A DNA stretch of 60,115 nucleotides, counting the filler. It is 6 parts of 6 records of this genome, joined end to end, with 100 filler letters (N's around TTAATTAATTAA, not from the genome) between each part and the next. Parts side by side here need not be neighbours in the genome. Positions count along the whole stretch, not along the records: positions 1 to 13,266 come from SRR31147125_3430; 5 more parts are not named here. One strand, given 5' to 3'. The translations under genes and the position numbers were made by a program. The notes under the pieces were generated by a model that saw only the letters and a list, made by a program, of their open reading frames with translations, ran no database searches and had not been told where the DNA came from. This document shows positions 1 to 10,425 of the stretch, one piece after another (within the stretch, counting starts at the first letter, position 1; each line of letters begins with the position of its first letter).

Positions 1-659
1 TTTTGAGATCTGGACATTATTTGCTTTGTTATAACGCCAACAATAGGTAAAACCAAAATACAAACTAAAGCTAGTATCCATGATATTGTAAACATCATAT
101 ATGTTATACCAATTATTGTAGCTATAGCAGAAATAATTTGAGTAAGGCTTTGTTGCAATGTTCCTGATATTGTATCAATGTCATTGGTAACACGGCTTAA
201 AATATCTCCATGCGCGTTTTTATCAAAGTATTTTAAGGGGAGTTTTTTAAGCTTAACCTTAACTTCGCTTCTCATGTTGTATATAATTTTTTGTGACACT
301 CCAGCCATAACATACATCTGAACGTAATTCAAAGCTGCACTTATCAAGTAAAGTATTCCAGCGGTGATAAGAATTGTTTTTATCTTTTCAAAATCAATAG
401 AGCCACCGCCTTGTTTTGAAAGCAAACCATCGGCAAGTATTGTTGTTGCATTACCAAGCAGTTTTGGTCCAACAATCATAAAGGCACTGCTTCCTATTGC
501 CATAACAAACACTATAATAAGCGAAGTTTTGTTTCTTCCTATATACGATACAAGGCGTCTAAAGGTCTTTTTAAAGTTTTTTGGCTTTTCTACTGGAACA
601 GCTCTATTATGACCAGGACCGCCGCCTCTTTGTCTTTGGTTTAAGTTTTCTTTGCTCAT
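1..659 (-). CDS. ABC multidrug-type exporter, fused permease/ATPase, second subunit of a heterodimer (5' part only; runs off the window)
   Basis: ATG at 659 overlaps the upstream TGA (ATGA). Translates MSKENLNQRQRGGGPGHNRAVPVEKPKNFKKTFRRLVSYIG..., later GDILSRVTNDIDTI, typical of the TM288/EfrB-like partner. Confidence 0.9.
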   Translation of the reverse strand, partial: MSKENLNQRQRGGGPGHNRAVPVEKPKNFKKTFRRLVSYIGRNKTSLIIVFVMAIGSSAFMIVGPKLLGNATTILADGLLSKQGGGSIDFEKIKTILITAGILYLISAALNYVQMYVMAGVSQKIIYNMRSEVKVKLKKLPLKYFDKNAHGDILSRVTNDIDTISGTLQQSLTQIISAIATIIGITYMMFTISWILALVCILVLPIVGVITKQIMSRSQ

Positions 660-2383
660 GATATCTCCTCCTTACTTAGCTGTGAGGATACAATTTCTTT
701 ATATACATCACATGTTTTTATAAGGTTATCGTGTTTGCCTTTTCCAACTATTTCGCCTTCATCTAAAACAATAATTGTATCGGCATTTTTAACTGTGCTT
801 ATTCTTTGAGCAACTATTATCACAGTAGCCTTGGAAGTTTCAGATTTAAGACATTCGCGAAGTTTTGAATCTGTTTTAAAATCCAATGCAGAAAAACTGT
901 CGTCAAATATATAGATTTCTGGCTTTCTAAGGATAGCTCTTGCTATACATAATCTTTGTCTTTGTCCGCCAGAATAGTTTGCACCATCTTGTTCAACTTT
1001 TGAATCCAAACCATCTTCAAGTTCTGATACAAACTCGTATGCTTGTGCTGTTTTTAAAGCATCAATAATCTCTTGGTCGGTAGCATCTTTTTTTCCATAC
1101 ATTATGTTTTCTTTTATTGTACCTGTAAAAAGGCTGATTTTTTGAGGAACAAATCCAACTTTATTCCGTAAATCTAATCGTAACTGATCTTTGGTATTGA
1201 CGTCATCAACGTAAACTTCTCCTTTAGTTGCATCGTAAAACCTTGGAATCAAATTTACAAGTGTAGTCTTACCGCTACCAGTACTACCTATTATAGCTGT
1301 TGTTTGACCTGGTTTGGCTGAAAAATTTATGTCTTTTAATACTGGTTTTTCAGCACCTTTATATTTAAACGATACATCTTTAAACTCAACATAACCTTTC
1401 TTTGCTTTAGCTTGTTTAGGATGTTGTGGATCGGTGATTTCATTTTCCATATCCAAAATTTCAAAAATACGCTCGGCAGAAGCGGAAGCTCTTGGCCACA
1501 TAACAAAGAGCATTGCACCCATAATAAGTGAAAACATTATCTGCATTGCATATTGCTGAAAAGCCATCATTTCACCAATCTGTAAGGTTTGCATATCTAC
1601 ACGCATAGACCCAAACCATATTATAGCGATAGTTGTAAGGTTCATTACTATCATTATAGCTGGCATAAATATAGACATAATTCTATAAACCTTTATAGAA
1701 TTTTTGGTTAAATCTAAATTAGCTTCTTTAAACCTTTGATCTTCAAAATCTTCTCTATTAAACGCTCTTATAATTCTAATACCTACAAGAGATTCTCTTA
1801 AGACTAAATTGATTCTATCAAGCTTTTTTTGAAACAGCTTAAAAAGAGGAACACCTTTTGAAGCTACTAAGCCGATTATAGATACTAAAACGATGATTGA
1901 AGCGAGTATTACCCAAGATAATTGTATATCAGTTTTAAGTGCCATGATGATTCCGCCAAAAGCAGTCAGTGGTGCCATGATAAACATTGTAAGCAACATA
2001 ATGAGCACATTTTGAATTTGGGTAACATCGTTTGTCGATCTTGTTATAAGCGACGAAGTTCCTATTTGATCGAATTCGTGAAGCGAAAACTCCTCAACTG
2101 TTACAAATATATCTCTTCTTAAATCTTTTGAAACGGCAACTGATGTTTTTGCTGCAATAAGCCTTGCTATTACCATGCAGGCAGTAACTATTAGTACAAA
2201 GCCAAGCATAATAGCACCAGTTCTTGCTATAAATCCTATATCACCGCTTATTACACCGCTATCAACTACCTTTGCCATAAGCATAGGCAGATACAATTGG
2301 CTTAGTATTTGAGCAAGCGTCAAAACAATAAGCAGCGCAACCTTAACTTTGTAAGGTTTTAAATATTTAAAAACTCTAACCAT
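656..2383 (-). CDS. ABC multidrug-type exporter, fused permease/ATPase (TM287/EfrA-like subunit)
   Basis: Six-TM N-terminal domain; Walker A GSTGSGKT; signature YSGGQRQR; degenerate Walker B IFDDS and switch AQR, as in heterodimeric exporters. Confidence 0.93.
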   Translation of the reverse strand: MVRVFKYLKPYKVKVALLIVLTLAQILSQLYLPMLMAKVVDSGVISGDIGFIARTGAIMLGFVLIVTACMVIARLIAAKTSVAVSKDLRRDIFVTVEEFSLHEFDQIGTSSLITRSTNDVTQIQNVLIMLLTMFIMAPLTAFGGIIMALKTDIQLSWVILASIIVLVSIIGLVASKGVPLFKLFQKKLDRINLVLRESLVGIRIIRAFNREDFEDQRFKEANLDLTKNSIKVYRIMSIFMPAIMIVMNLTTIAIIWFGSMRVDMQTLQIGEMMAFQQYAMQIMFSLIMGAMLFVMWPRASASAERIFEILDMENEITDPQHPKQAKAKKGYVEFKDVSFKYKGAEKPVLKDINFSAKPGQTTAIIGSTGSGKTTLVNLIPRFYDATKGEVYVDDVNTKDQLRLDLRNKVGFVPQKISLFTGTIKENIMYGKKDATDQEIIDALKTAQAYEFVSELEDGLDSKVEQDGANYSGGQRQRLCIARAILRKPEIYIFDDSFSALDFKTDSKLRECLKSETSKATVIIVAQRISTVKNADTIIVLDEGEIVGKGKHDNLIKTCDVYKEIVSSQLSKEEIS

Positions 2384-2497
2384 ATATTATCCTTTCCAAC
2401 TAATGTTGCAAGTTCAATTTCCTAAAAAATTCAAATCATATCATTATATATTTTTCAAAATATAATAGTCAATTGAGTAAGGTTTAATTAACAAACA

Positions 2498-2526
2498 GTT
2501 TATATTTAATAAAATCGGTCAATACT
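2498..2526 (+). promoter_or_regulatory. Putative forespore sigma-F/sigma-G promoter for spoIIR-sleB-ypeB
   Basis: GTTTA-N15-GTCAATACT about 50 nt upstream of spoIIR; fits the sigF/sigG consensus and spacing. Confidence 0.55.
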
Positions 2527-2575
2527 CACAATACAATAATTATGAATTAAAAATAACTATTAAGGAAACTTTTTT

Positions 2576-3133
2576 ATGACAAAAACACTACAAAAAATAA
2601 CTTATATATTTTTGCTTTTTATCATATCCTCTAATTTCGCATCCAGTCCGCATAGGGTAAACAGTGACTATTTGCGTCTTAGAGTTATTGCTAATAGTGA
2701 TAGCCATTTAGACCAGAAGATGAAACTTGAAATTAGAGATATGGTTTTAGAGATAACAAAAGACGAGATTAAAAATAAAAAAACAAAGACAAGTGCGTAC
2801 GAATATATAAACAAAAATATGAAAACAATAGATGATGAAGCTAAAAAAATTGTGCTTACTTATGGAAAAGACTATGAAGTAAAAACTACTTTTGGAGACA
2901 CATACTTCCCTGAAAAAACATATGGAAAGCAAGTTTATCCTAGTGGAAAATACGAAGCACTTAAGATTGAAGTAGGAAATGCAAGGGGTGAAAATTGGTG
3001 GTGTGTTATGTATCCGCCTCTTTGTGTAATCGCTTTTGAGGATGAGGAAATAGAAGATGATGAAGTTGTGTATAAATCGATAGTTTTAGAAAAGCTAAAG
3101 GAAATTAAACAGGAGAATAGTGATGAGAAATAG
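2576..3133 (+). CDS. spoIIR: Stage II sporulation protein R
   Basis: Signal peptide; LRLRVIANSDS..DQ..KL, FPEKTYG..YPSGKYEAL and GENWWCVMYPPLC motifs. Confidence 0.93.
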   Translation: MTKTLQKITYIFLLFIISSNFASSPHRVNSDYLRLRVIANSDSHLDQKMKLEIRDMVLEITKDEIKNKKTKTSAYEYINKNMKTIDDEAKKIVLTYGKDYEVKTTFGDTYFPEKTYGKQVYPSGKYEALKIEVGNARGENWWCVMYPPLCVIAFEDEEIEDDEVVYKSIVLEKLKEIKQENSDEK

Positions 3134-3800
3134 TGATAAAACAAGATGGATTAAACTCATTATATTAATATTTGTTGTGTCAATATCGATAGCTAGTATT
3201 GTTATTGTGGCAAGTGCGGCAGTAAAAAAAGGAGATAGTGGCGACGAGGTTAAGGATATTCAAAGTCGATTAAAAAAATGGGGATATTATGAAGGTGCTG
3301 TGGATGGGGAGTTTGGTAAGGGTACGCAGGATGCTGTAATGGCTTTTCAAAAAGCTCAAGGGATTACTGCTGATGGGGTTGTTGGAACTGAGACAGCAAA
3401 CAAGATGGGAATTCAGCTAAAAGGCAGTGACGATGCTTCTAGAGATGATAAAGGAGATGTGTATCTTTTAGCAAGAGTTGTTTATGGCGAAGCTAGAGGC
3501 GAGCCTTATAAAGGAAAAGTAGCAGTTGCTGCTGTTGTTTTGAATCGGGTTGAAGACAGTCAGTTTCCTAACAGTATTTCAGGAGTTGTTTATCAAAAAA
3601 ACGCTTTTTCAATTGTTCAAGATGGACAGATTAACTACACGCCAGATAAAGATGCGTTAAAAGCAGCAAGAGATGCAATGAACGGACTAGACCCATCTAA
3701 CGGAGCGATTTTTTATTATAACCCTGATAAAACGAATAACGAATTTATGAAATCGAGAAAAGTGATTACGGTTATTGGAACACATAAGTTTTGTGAATAA
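3120..3800 (+). CDS. sleB: Spore cortex-lytic enzyme SleB
   Basis: Signal peptide, PG-binding domain (GYYEGAVDGEFG..T..AV..FQ), Hydrolase_2 domain (LLARVVYGEARGEPY.GKVAVAAVVLNRV); directly upstream of ypeB. Confidence 0.92.
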   Translation: MMRNSDKTRWIKLIILIFVVSISIASIVIVASAAVKKGDSGDEVKDIQSRLKKWGYYEGAVDGEFGKGTQDAVMAFQKAQGITADGVVGTETANKMGIQLKGSDDASRDDKGDVYLLARVVYGEARGEPYKGKVAVAAVVLNRVEDSQFPNSISGVVYQKNAFSIVQDGQINYTPDKDALKAARDAMNGLDPSNGAIFYYNPDKTNNEFMKSRKVITVIGTHKFCE

Positions 3801-3811
3801 AGAGGAAAATT

Positions 3812-5164
3812 ATGATTACAAAATATAGATTAGTTTGCATCGTTAGAAAATACCTTTTGCCAGTTATGTTTGGAGCTTTGATTTTGGGACTTATGGCATA
3901 CTCAATAGTTTTGCATACACAAAAAAAGGATTTGGAACTAAAGCTTCAAGCCCAATACGAAAGGTCGTTTCAGGAACTTATGCTTGATATGAATAGTCTT
4001 GAAACAAAGCTTTCTAAGCTTGAGGCCAGTAATGATGCTTACCAAAGCAACATGATTTTGATGGATATATGGAGACAGACTGGTGATACTGAAAGTTCGA
4101 TATCTGCTTTACCTATTTCGTACACAAAAGCATCGCCGTTTATTCAGTTTATAAACAGAACAGGTGATTATTGTAGGTATCTTTCTAAAAAAGTAAGTGA
4201 AGGACAAGCAATTAACCAAGACGATTTAACGCAAGTAAAGCAAATTCGCGAATCGTGTTTAAGTATATCAGAGCTTTTAGATAAAGCTTGGAAGGTAGGT
4301 TACTTACCGCCAATAAACACGACCACGGCAGATTTTATTACGGACACAAATAGTGAACAGGGTAACTTAGATTTTTCAAACAGTAAATATCCAAGGCTTA
4401 TATATGACGGACCATATTCTGAATCTGTTGAAACCAAACAACAGTCCGAGCAGCAAGGTGAAACAATAGATGAAAAGACAGCAAAAGAAAATGTTTATAA
4501 GTTTGTTGGCGAGCAAAATATAACAGAAATTAGCAAGGCGCAAGGTGAGGGAGGTAAAGTAGATAGCTTTGCTTTTGATGGTAAACTAAAAGATGGCAAC
4601 GAGTTTTCTATTAATATTGCAAAAAAAGGCGGCGACGTTATTTGGTATATGCAACAAAGCAATGGCAGAGGTAATGCTGTCCCTAGCGAAGAAAAATATG
4701 AACAGCTAGCAAAAAAAGCAGCCGAATACCTTGAGCAAAAAGGGATAAAAACAGTTGAAGCTACATACGCTCAGTTTTATGGAGGTAACGCTATTATCAA
4801 TATGGTGCCAAAGCAAGATGATGTTATTTTGTACCCGGAACTGATTAAGGTTTGGATTGATATTGAACAGGATAAAGTTGTAGGCATGGATGCACTTTGC
4901 TATGTTTTATCTCACAAAGAAAGAGATATTACAGAACCAAAACTTTCCAAACAGCAAGCGGCAGCAAAGGTTACAAGTAGATTAAAAATTGAAAAGATAA
5001 CAAAAGCGATTATACCGACTGAAACGAAAGAAGAAATACTCTGCTGGGAGTTTCAAGGTAAAATTGATAAACAGGATTATATAATATATATAAATGCAGA
5101 AACAGGCAAGACCGAAAATATATTTATTGTAAAGCACACTAATGAGGGGACATTAGTACAATAA
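3812..5164 (+). CDS. ypeB: Germination protein YpeB
   Basis: N-terminal anchor, YERSFQEL, YPRLIYDGPYSE motif, C-terminal PepSY-like YINAETG; follows sleB. Confidence 0.9.
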   Translation: MITKYRLVCIVRKYLLPVMFGALILGLMAYSIVLHTQKKDLELKLQAQYERSFQELMLDMNSLETKLSKLEASNDAYQSNMILMDIWRQTGDTESSISALPISYTKASPFIQFINRTGDYCRYLSKKVSEGQAINQDDLTQVKQIRESCLSISELLDKAWKVGYLPPINTTTADFITDTNSEQGNLDFSNSKYPRLIYDGPYSESVETKQQSEQQGETIDEKTAKENVYKFVGEQNITEISKAQGEGGKVDSFAFDGKLKDGNEFSINIAKKGGDVIWYMQQSNGRGNAVPSEEKYEQLAKKAAEYLEQKGIKTVEATYAQFYGGNAIINMVPKQDDVILYPELIKVWIDIEQDKVVGMDALCYVLSHKERDITEPKLSKQQAAAKVTSRLKIEKITKAIIPTETKEEILCWEFQGKIDKQDYIIYINAETGKTENIFIVKHTNEGTLVQ

Positions 5165-5237
5165 AATAAGGATTATAAGTATTAGTTTGATAAAGATTAT
5201 GTTCATATATTATTCATAGAAAGTTAAAAAACTATAC

Positions 5238-5267
5238 TTTGACTTTCTTTGACTTATAATTTATAAT
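5238..5267 (+). promoter_or_regulatory. CtsR operator overlapping the sigma-A promoter of hsp20
   Basis: TTTGACT-TTC-TTTGACT (reverse strand AGTCAAA-GAA-AGTCAAA, the CtsR heptad repeat). -35 TTGACT 5239-5244, 17-bp spacer, -10 TATAAT 5262-5267. Confidence 0.8.
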
Positions 5268-5303
5268 ACAGATATAAATAAGGTACAACTATAAGACAAA
5301 AAA

Positions 5304-5722
5304 ATGGAGGATAGATATATGTTTGATTTAATTTCACAAAGAGGAAACAGTATTTTTGATAATTATTTTGGTGAAGACTTTGCTAAGATTATGGATTCTA
5401 CAAAGGGTATTTCAACAGATATTGTTGAATCTGATGAGGGGTACAAAATTAGTATGAATGTACCGGGTTACAGCAAAGAGGAGATTGATATTTCTTGTAA
5501 AAATGAAGTTTTGACTATTACTGCTACAAAAAATAGCGAAGCTAACGAAGAAAGAGACGGCTATGTTAGAAGAGAAAGATTTTTTGGAACAAAGCAAGAA
5601 GTTTTTCGCTAAGAGGATTAGATCAAGAATCAATTGATGCAAATCTTACTGATGGAGTTTTAAGTATAGACATTAAAAAAGACGAAAAATACATTGAAGA
5701 CAAGAAGATTTCTATCAAGTAA
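5304..5722 (+). CDS. Hsp20/alpha-crystallin small heat-shock protein (one frameshift near 5590, probably a sequencing indel; likely start 5319)
   Basis: TDIVE...MNVPGYSKEEIDI...YVRRER continues in another frame as ARSFSLRGLDQESIDANLTDGVLSIDIKK...KISIK*. Confidence 0.88.
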
Positions 5723-5751
5723 AAGTTAATTAAAGAGTACGAATTTTAAAG

Positions 5752-5793
5752 AAGGGTATCTGACATAGTATGTTAGGTATCCTTTTTATTTTT
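5752..5793 (+). terminator. Rho-independent terminator after hsp20
   Basis: AAGGGTATCTGACAT/ATGTTAGGTATCCTT stem with G-U pairs, followed by a T tract. Confidence 0.75.
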
Positions 5794-5796
5794 GTC

Positions 5797-5865
5797 TTGC
5801 ATATAGATAAAATTGGTGTTATCATATACGCGAACATGAACAAACAATGAACAAACGATGAACAG
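5797..5865 (+). promoter_or_regulatory. Sigma-A promoter of the cstA operon followed by three 11-bp-period ATGAACA repeats
   Basis: TTGCAT-N17-TATCAT with an extended-10 TG; then ATGAACAAACA-ATGAACAAACG-ATGAACAG at 5836-5865. Confidence 0.55.
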
Positions 5866-5890
5866 TATTTACAGTTGGCAGGAGTAAACA

Positions 5891-6402
5891 ATGACTTTTG
5901 ATGAATATAAGGACTATATTGTTGATAAGTTAGAATATCAGTTTGATATTAAAGGTGATACTAGTTTTTGTGACATTAATTATGATATTTACGCTGTTTG
6001 TGACGTTAATAATGTTAAATATATGGGGTTTGAAGCCGCTAAAATTTATGAATATAACAATTCTGAACATGTATATATAAAACACTTCGAGGCATTCCAA
6101 AAAAAGATTTTGATTCAATCATTGAAAAAACAAAAGAAAGATTCTATTATGGGCTTAAAGTAAATACAAATCATATGTGTACTCTTTATACCTTGGTTTT
6201 TGTAAGTGATAATAATTGTGAAAAAGAAATAATAAAAACAATTAAAAGATTTTCTAAAATTAAAAATTTTGCATATAGTTTTAAAGGTTATGCAGGGCTT
6301 AGAATCGTTTTGGTGCAGCTTAAGAGCAATGATGTTGTTGTTAGTAAACGCTGTAACAAAAAGGTTTTATTATCCTATAAACCTTTAAATAATAATAATT
6401 AA
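5891..6402 (+). CDS. Hypothetical protein (two ORFs, 5891-6163 and 6175-6402, probably one frameshifted gene)
   Basis: AGGAG RBS; an A-run near 6100 coincides with the loss of frame; the second half reads on (HMCTLYTLVFVSD...FKGYAGLRIVLV). Confidence 0.6.
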
Positions 6403-6418
6403 TATTTAGGAGGTTTAC

Positions 6419-8035
6419 ATGGCAATATTATTGGTAGTAATAGCTATTATTTTTTTCATAATTGCTTATATTGTTTATGGTGGATGGTTAACAAAAAAAT
6501 TGGGTATAGACCCAAACAAGGAAACACCTGCACATACGCTCAAAGATGGTGTGGATTATGTTCCTGCTAAAGCACCTGTTGTTTTAGGTCACCACTTCTC
6601 GTCAATCGCTGGTGCTGGACCAATTACGGGGCCTATCGCTGCGGCTATTTTTGGTTGGTTACCTGTATATCTTTGGATACTTGTTGGTTCGGTGTTCATT
6701 GGTGGTGTGCATGATATGACGGCACTTTTTGCTTCGGTTAGAAACGAAGGTAAATCAATTGGTACTATCATTGAAGATACGATGGGAGATACAGGTAAGA
6801 AATTCTTCTCAATTTTTGCATGGCTTACACTTATTTTGGTTGAAGCTGCATTTATAGCATTAGTTGTTAGCACATTTGTTGCAACTCCTGCTGTTGCTAC
6901 AACATCAATACTATTTGTATTAGTTGCGATTATTTTTGGTGTTATGACAAACAGAATGGGAATGAATACTCTTCCTGCTACATTGATTGGTCTTGTACTA
7001 GTAGCTGCTTCAATGTGGTTTGGTACTAATTTTGGTATTACACTTTCTGCTGGATGGTGGACTGTTATCGTTGCTATTTACATCGTTATAGCATCTGTTA
7101 CACCAGTTTGGATTCTATTACAACCTAGAGATTACTTAAGTTCATACTTATTATATGCAATGCTTGGTGCAGGGCTTATTGGTCTGCTTATCTATAACCC
7201 ACAAATCGATGCTGCTGCTGTTACTAGCTTTGCTCCAAAAGAGGGTTCATGGATGTTCCCGATTTTATTTGTTACTGTTGCTTGTGGTGCTATCTCTGGC
7301 TTCCACTCACTTGTAAGTTCTGGTACAACATCTAAACAGGTCACTAACGAAAAAGATATAAAGCTTATAGGTTATGGTTCTATGCTTATCGAGGGTATTT
7401 TGGCTGTTATCGCTATAATTACTGTTTCATTTGTATTCAAAAATTCAGCAAATGTTGTTGCAGAAGGTGGAGCAGCTACAAAATTTGCAGCTGGTGTTGG
7501 TGAATTCTTGACTGCACTTGGCATTCCATTTAAATTTGGTCAATTGTTTGTGGCTTTGGCTGTTTCAACATTTATGCTTACATCACTTGATACAGCTACA
7601 AGACTTGCAAGATTTATTTTCCAAGAATATTTTGAAAAAGATGCTGGTGAAAACGATAAGACTTCTCCTGTTTCAAGAGTGTTAGCTAACAAATACGCTG
7701 CAACACTTATCTCTGTTGCATGTGGAGTTGCTCTATGTCTAGCTGGATGGAGAGCTGTATGGCCAATCTTTGGTTCTGCTAACCAACTTCTTGCTGCATT
7801 AGCATTATTGGCTGTTGCCACATGGCTTAAGAAAGAAGGAAAAAGCAACAAGTTCGTTACAATTCCTATGATATTTATGGTTGCTGTAACACTATGTGCA
7901 CTTATTCTTCTAATTTATGCTAAAGTTGTTGCGGGTGCTTGGATGCTTGTTGTTATGGCAGTATTGCTATTTATCTTAGCTATTGCATTTATTAAACACG
8001 CATTTGGTCATTTAGGCGGAAACGAAATCAAATAG
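6419..8035 (+). CDS. cstA: Carbon starvation protein A (peptide/pyruvate transporter family)
   Basis: TPAH..DGVDYVP, GHHFSSIAGAGPITGP, ACGAISGFHSL, WPIFGSANQLLA motifs; polytopic membrane protein. Confidence 0.95.
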   Translation: MAILLVVIAIIFFIIAYIVYGGWLTKKLGIDPNKETPAHTLKDGVDYVPAKAPVVLGHHFSSIAGAGPITGPIAAAIFGWLPVYLWILVGSVFIGGVHDMTALFASVRNEGKSIGTIIEDTMGDTGKKFFSIFAWLTLILVEAAFIALVVSTFVATPAVATTSILFVLVAIIFGVMTNRMGMNTLPATLIGLVLVAASMWFGTNFGITLSAGWWTVIVAIYIVIASVTPVWILLQPRDYLSSYLLYAMLGAGLIGLLIYNPQIDAAAVTSFAPKEGSWMFPILFVTVACGAISGFHSLVSSGTTSKQVTNEKDIKLIGYGSMLIEGILAVIAIITVSFVFKNSANVVAEGGAATKFAAGVGEFLTALGIPFKFGQLFVALAVSTFMLTSLDTATRLARFIFQEYFEKDAGENDKTSPVSRVLANKYAATLISVACGVALCLAGWRAVWPIFGSANQLLAALALLAVATWLKKEGKSNKFVTIPMIFMVAVTLCALILLIYAKVVAGAWMLVVMAVLLFILAIAFIKHAFGHLGGNEIK

Positions 8036-8037
8036 TA

Positions 8038-8322
8038 ATGAAGATTACTATATCTGATGAAGCAAAAGAACATATAAGAAAAAAAGGCAAAGACACTATT
8101 ATGGTAGAAGGTGTTGGTGCGGGTGGCTGTGTTGAAACTGCTTTACCATATGTGTTTTATAAAAAGCCAGAAAAAGAATCTGATTTTATTTATCAGAGGA
8201 TAGATGATATAGATATTTATATATCCAAATACTTTCATCTTAAAAATGATACGTTGAGTATTATTGCTCAGGGGAAGTGGGTTTTTAGAGAGATTGTAGT
8301 GAAGGGAATAAAAATATTTTAA
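8038..8322 (+). CDS. Small HesB-like / CC-Se-motif-like protein
   Basis: MKITISDEAKEHI...GGC..P...KKP....DDIDIYI pattern; 2 nt downstream of cstA. Confidence 0.5.
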   Translation: MKITISDEAKEHIRKKGKDTIMVEGVGAGGCVETALPYVFYKKPEKESDFIYQRIDDIDIYISKYFHLKNDTLSIIAQGKWVFREIVVKGIKIF

Positions 8323-8330
8323 TTAAAATT

Positions 8331-8363
8331 AGCACCTAACGATTGATTTTGTTAGGTGCTTTT
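8331..8363. terminator. Terminator between the convergent cstA operon and lepA
   Basis: AGCACCTAAC...GTTAGGTGCT perfect 10-bp stem followed by Ts. Confidence 0.75.
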
Positions 8364-8451
8364 AGTATGTTTGTTTATTTTCTATATTTGATATTTTTCT
8401 GATACGATTACATGATTAAGTTATTTTTTCAAGGTGGACGTATTTTTGAAA

Positions 8452-10254
8452 CTAATCTATTTTTAAAACAGACATAAATGCCTCTGAAGGAACTTCTACA
8501 CTACCAATTTGACGCATCTTCTTTTTACCTTCTTTTTGTTTTTCGAGTAACTTTTTCTTTCTAGTAATGTCTCCGCCATAACATTTAGCCAAAACGTCTT
8601 TTCTAAGTGCCTTTACTGTTTCTCTAGCAATAACCTTTGCACCGATCGCTGCTTGAATAGGGATTTCAAACATCTGTCTTGGTATAACTTCCTTAAGTTT
8701 TTCCGCTATGCTTCGACCCTTTGCGTATGCTTTATCTCTATGGACTATCAGAGAAAGCGCATCGCAAATATCACCGTTAAGCATGATATCAAGCTTCACT
8801 AAATCGCTTCTCTTATATCCATCAATCTCATAATCTAAAGATGCATAACCTCTTGTTTTAGACTTTAATGTATCAAAGAAATCATATATAATCTCATTTA
8901 ATGGCAATTCGTACTTTATAAGAACCCTTGTTTCTTCAAGGTATTCCATATTCTTAAACACACCGCGCTTATCTTGACATATCTCCATAATTGGCCCCAC
9001 ATATTGTTCTGGTGCCATTATACTTGCTGTAGCGATAGGCTCTTCCATATACTCTATTTCAGCAATAGGTGGTAGGTTTGTTGGGTTTGCAACTTCAAGC
9101 ATTTCACCGTTGCCTTTAATTATATTATAACTAACGCTTGGTGCTGTTGTTACAAGGTTTAAATCAAACTCGCGTTCCAGCCTTTCCGTAATAATTTCCA
9201 TATGTAAAAGACCTAAAAAGCCACATCTAAAGCCAAATCCAAGTGCAACAGATGTCTCTGGTTCAAAAAGAAGTGAAGCATCATTTAGCTCTAATCTTTC
9301 TAGCGCGTCACGTAAATCCTCATATTTTGCGCCATCTGCAGGATATACTCCGCAAAAAACCATTGGTGTCGCTTGCTTATAACCTGGTAACGGATCTGAT
9401 GTAGGATTATTGGCATTGGTAACAGTATCACCAACCCTTGTGTCAGAAACGTTTTTAACGCTAGCGCAGATGTATCCAACATCGCCTGCTTTAAGCTGTT
9501 TGACTGGTATTTGGTTAGGAGAGAAAAACCCAACTTCAGTTACTTCGAATGATTTTTCCGCTGCCATAAAGTGTATGTTATCACCTTTAGTAACAGTACC
9601 ATCCATAACCCTAACATAGCTTATTGCGCCACGATAGTTATCATAATATGAATCGAAAACCAAAGATTGCAAAGGACTTTTAATATCCCCGTTTGGAGCA
9701 GGTAAGTATTTTGCAACAGCTTTGAGTACATCATCTATTCCAATACCCTCTTTAGCGCTAATTCTTGGAGCATATTCTGTATCAAGACCCAAAACATCCT
9801 CAATCTCCTTACATACTTCATCAATCCTAGCACCTGGTAAGTCTATTTTGTTAAGAACAGGTAGTATCTCTAAATCATTTTCAAGCGCAAGATACACGTT
9901 TGCAAGTGTTTGAGCCTCAATACCTTGAGCTGCATCTACAACCAAAATAGCACCTTCGCATGCTGCGAGGCTACGTGAAACCTCGTATGTAAAATCTACA
10001 TGTCCTGGGGTATCTATTAGGTTATAAATATATTCTTCGCCGTCTAGATTATAAAGCATTCTAACAGCTTGAGCTTTTATAGTGATGCCTCTTTCACGCT
10101 CAATATCCATAGTATCCAAAAGCTGATCTGCCATATCACGTGAGGCAACAGTATCTGTAGTTTCAATTAACCTGTCGGCCAAAGTGGACTTTCCGTGATC
10201 TATGTGTGCAATTATGCAAAAATTTCTTATATTTGATTGGTATTTGTTTGCCAT
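8452..10254 (-). CDS. lepA: Translation elongation factor 4
   Basis: [29 protein letters not shown]-terminal [22 protein letters not shown]. Confidence 0.99.
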   Translation of the reverse strand: MANKYQSNIRNFCIIAHIDHGKSTLADRLIETTDTVASRDMADQLLDTMDIERERGITIKAQAVRMLYNLDGEEYIYNLIDTPGHVDFTYEVSRSLAACEGAILVVDAAQGIEAQTLANVYLALENDLEILPVLNKIDLPGARIDEVCKEIEDVLGLDTEYAPRISAKEGIGIDDVLKAVAKYLPAPNGDIKSPLQSLVFDSYYDNYRGAISYVRVMDGTVTKGDNIHFMAAEKSFEVTEVGFFSPNQIPVKQLKAGDVGYICASVKNVSDTRVGDTVTNANNPTSDPLPGYKQATPMVFCGVYPADGAKYEDLRDALERLELNDASLLFEPETSVALGFGFRCGFLGLLHMEIITERLEREFDLNLVTTAPSVSYNIIKGNGEMLEVANPTNLPPIAEIEYMEEPIATASIMAPEQYVGPIMEICQDKRGVFKNMEYLEETRVLIKYELPLNEIIYDFFDTLKSKTRGYASLDYEIDGYKRSDLVKLDIMLNGDICDALSLIVHRDKAYAKGRSIAEKLKEVIPRQMFEIPIQAAIGAKVIARETVKALRKDVLAKCYGGDITRKKKLLEKQKEGKKKMRQIGSVEVPSEAFMSVLKID

Positions 10255-10425
10255 TTTATCCTCCGAAAATTACGATTATCCTAAATATTTTTCTAGTTTT
10301 TGATCAGTTTAAAATAATCATCTATATAATAAGGTTAAAGCTTGTAATAGTCAATTAAATATTTGAATGGGTATGACTATTGTGGTAAAATATTTTGATT
10401 ATAAAATTATAAAGGGAGGCGCTTT

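Noticed and set aside
5831-5865. CRISPR array or LexA box
   Set aside because: Repeats are 11-bp tandem units with no spacers, and there is no GAAC-N4-GTTC palindrome.
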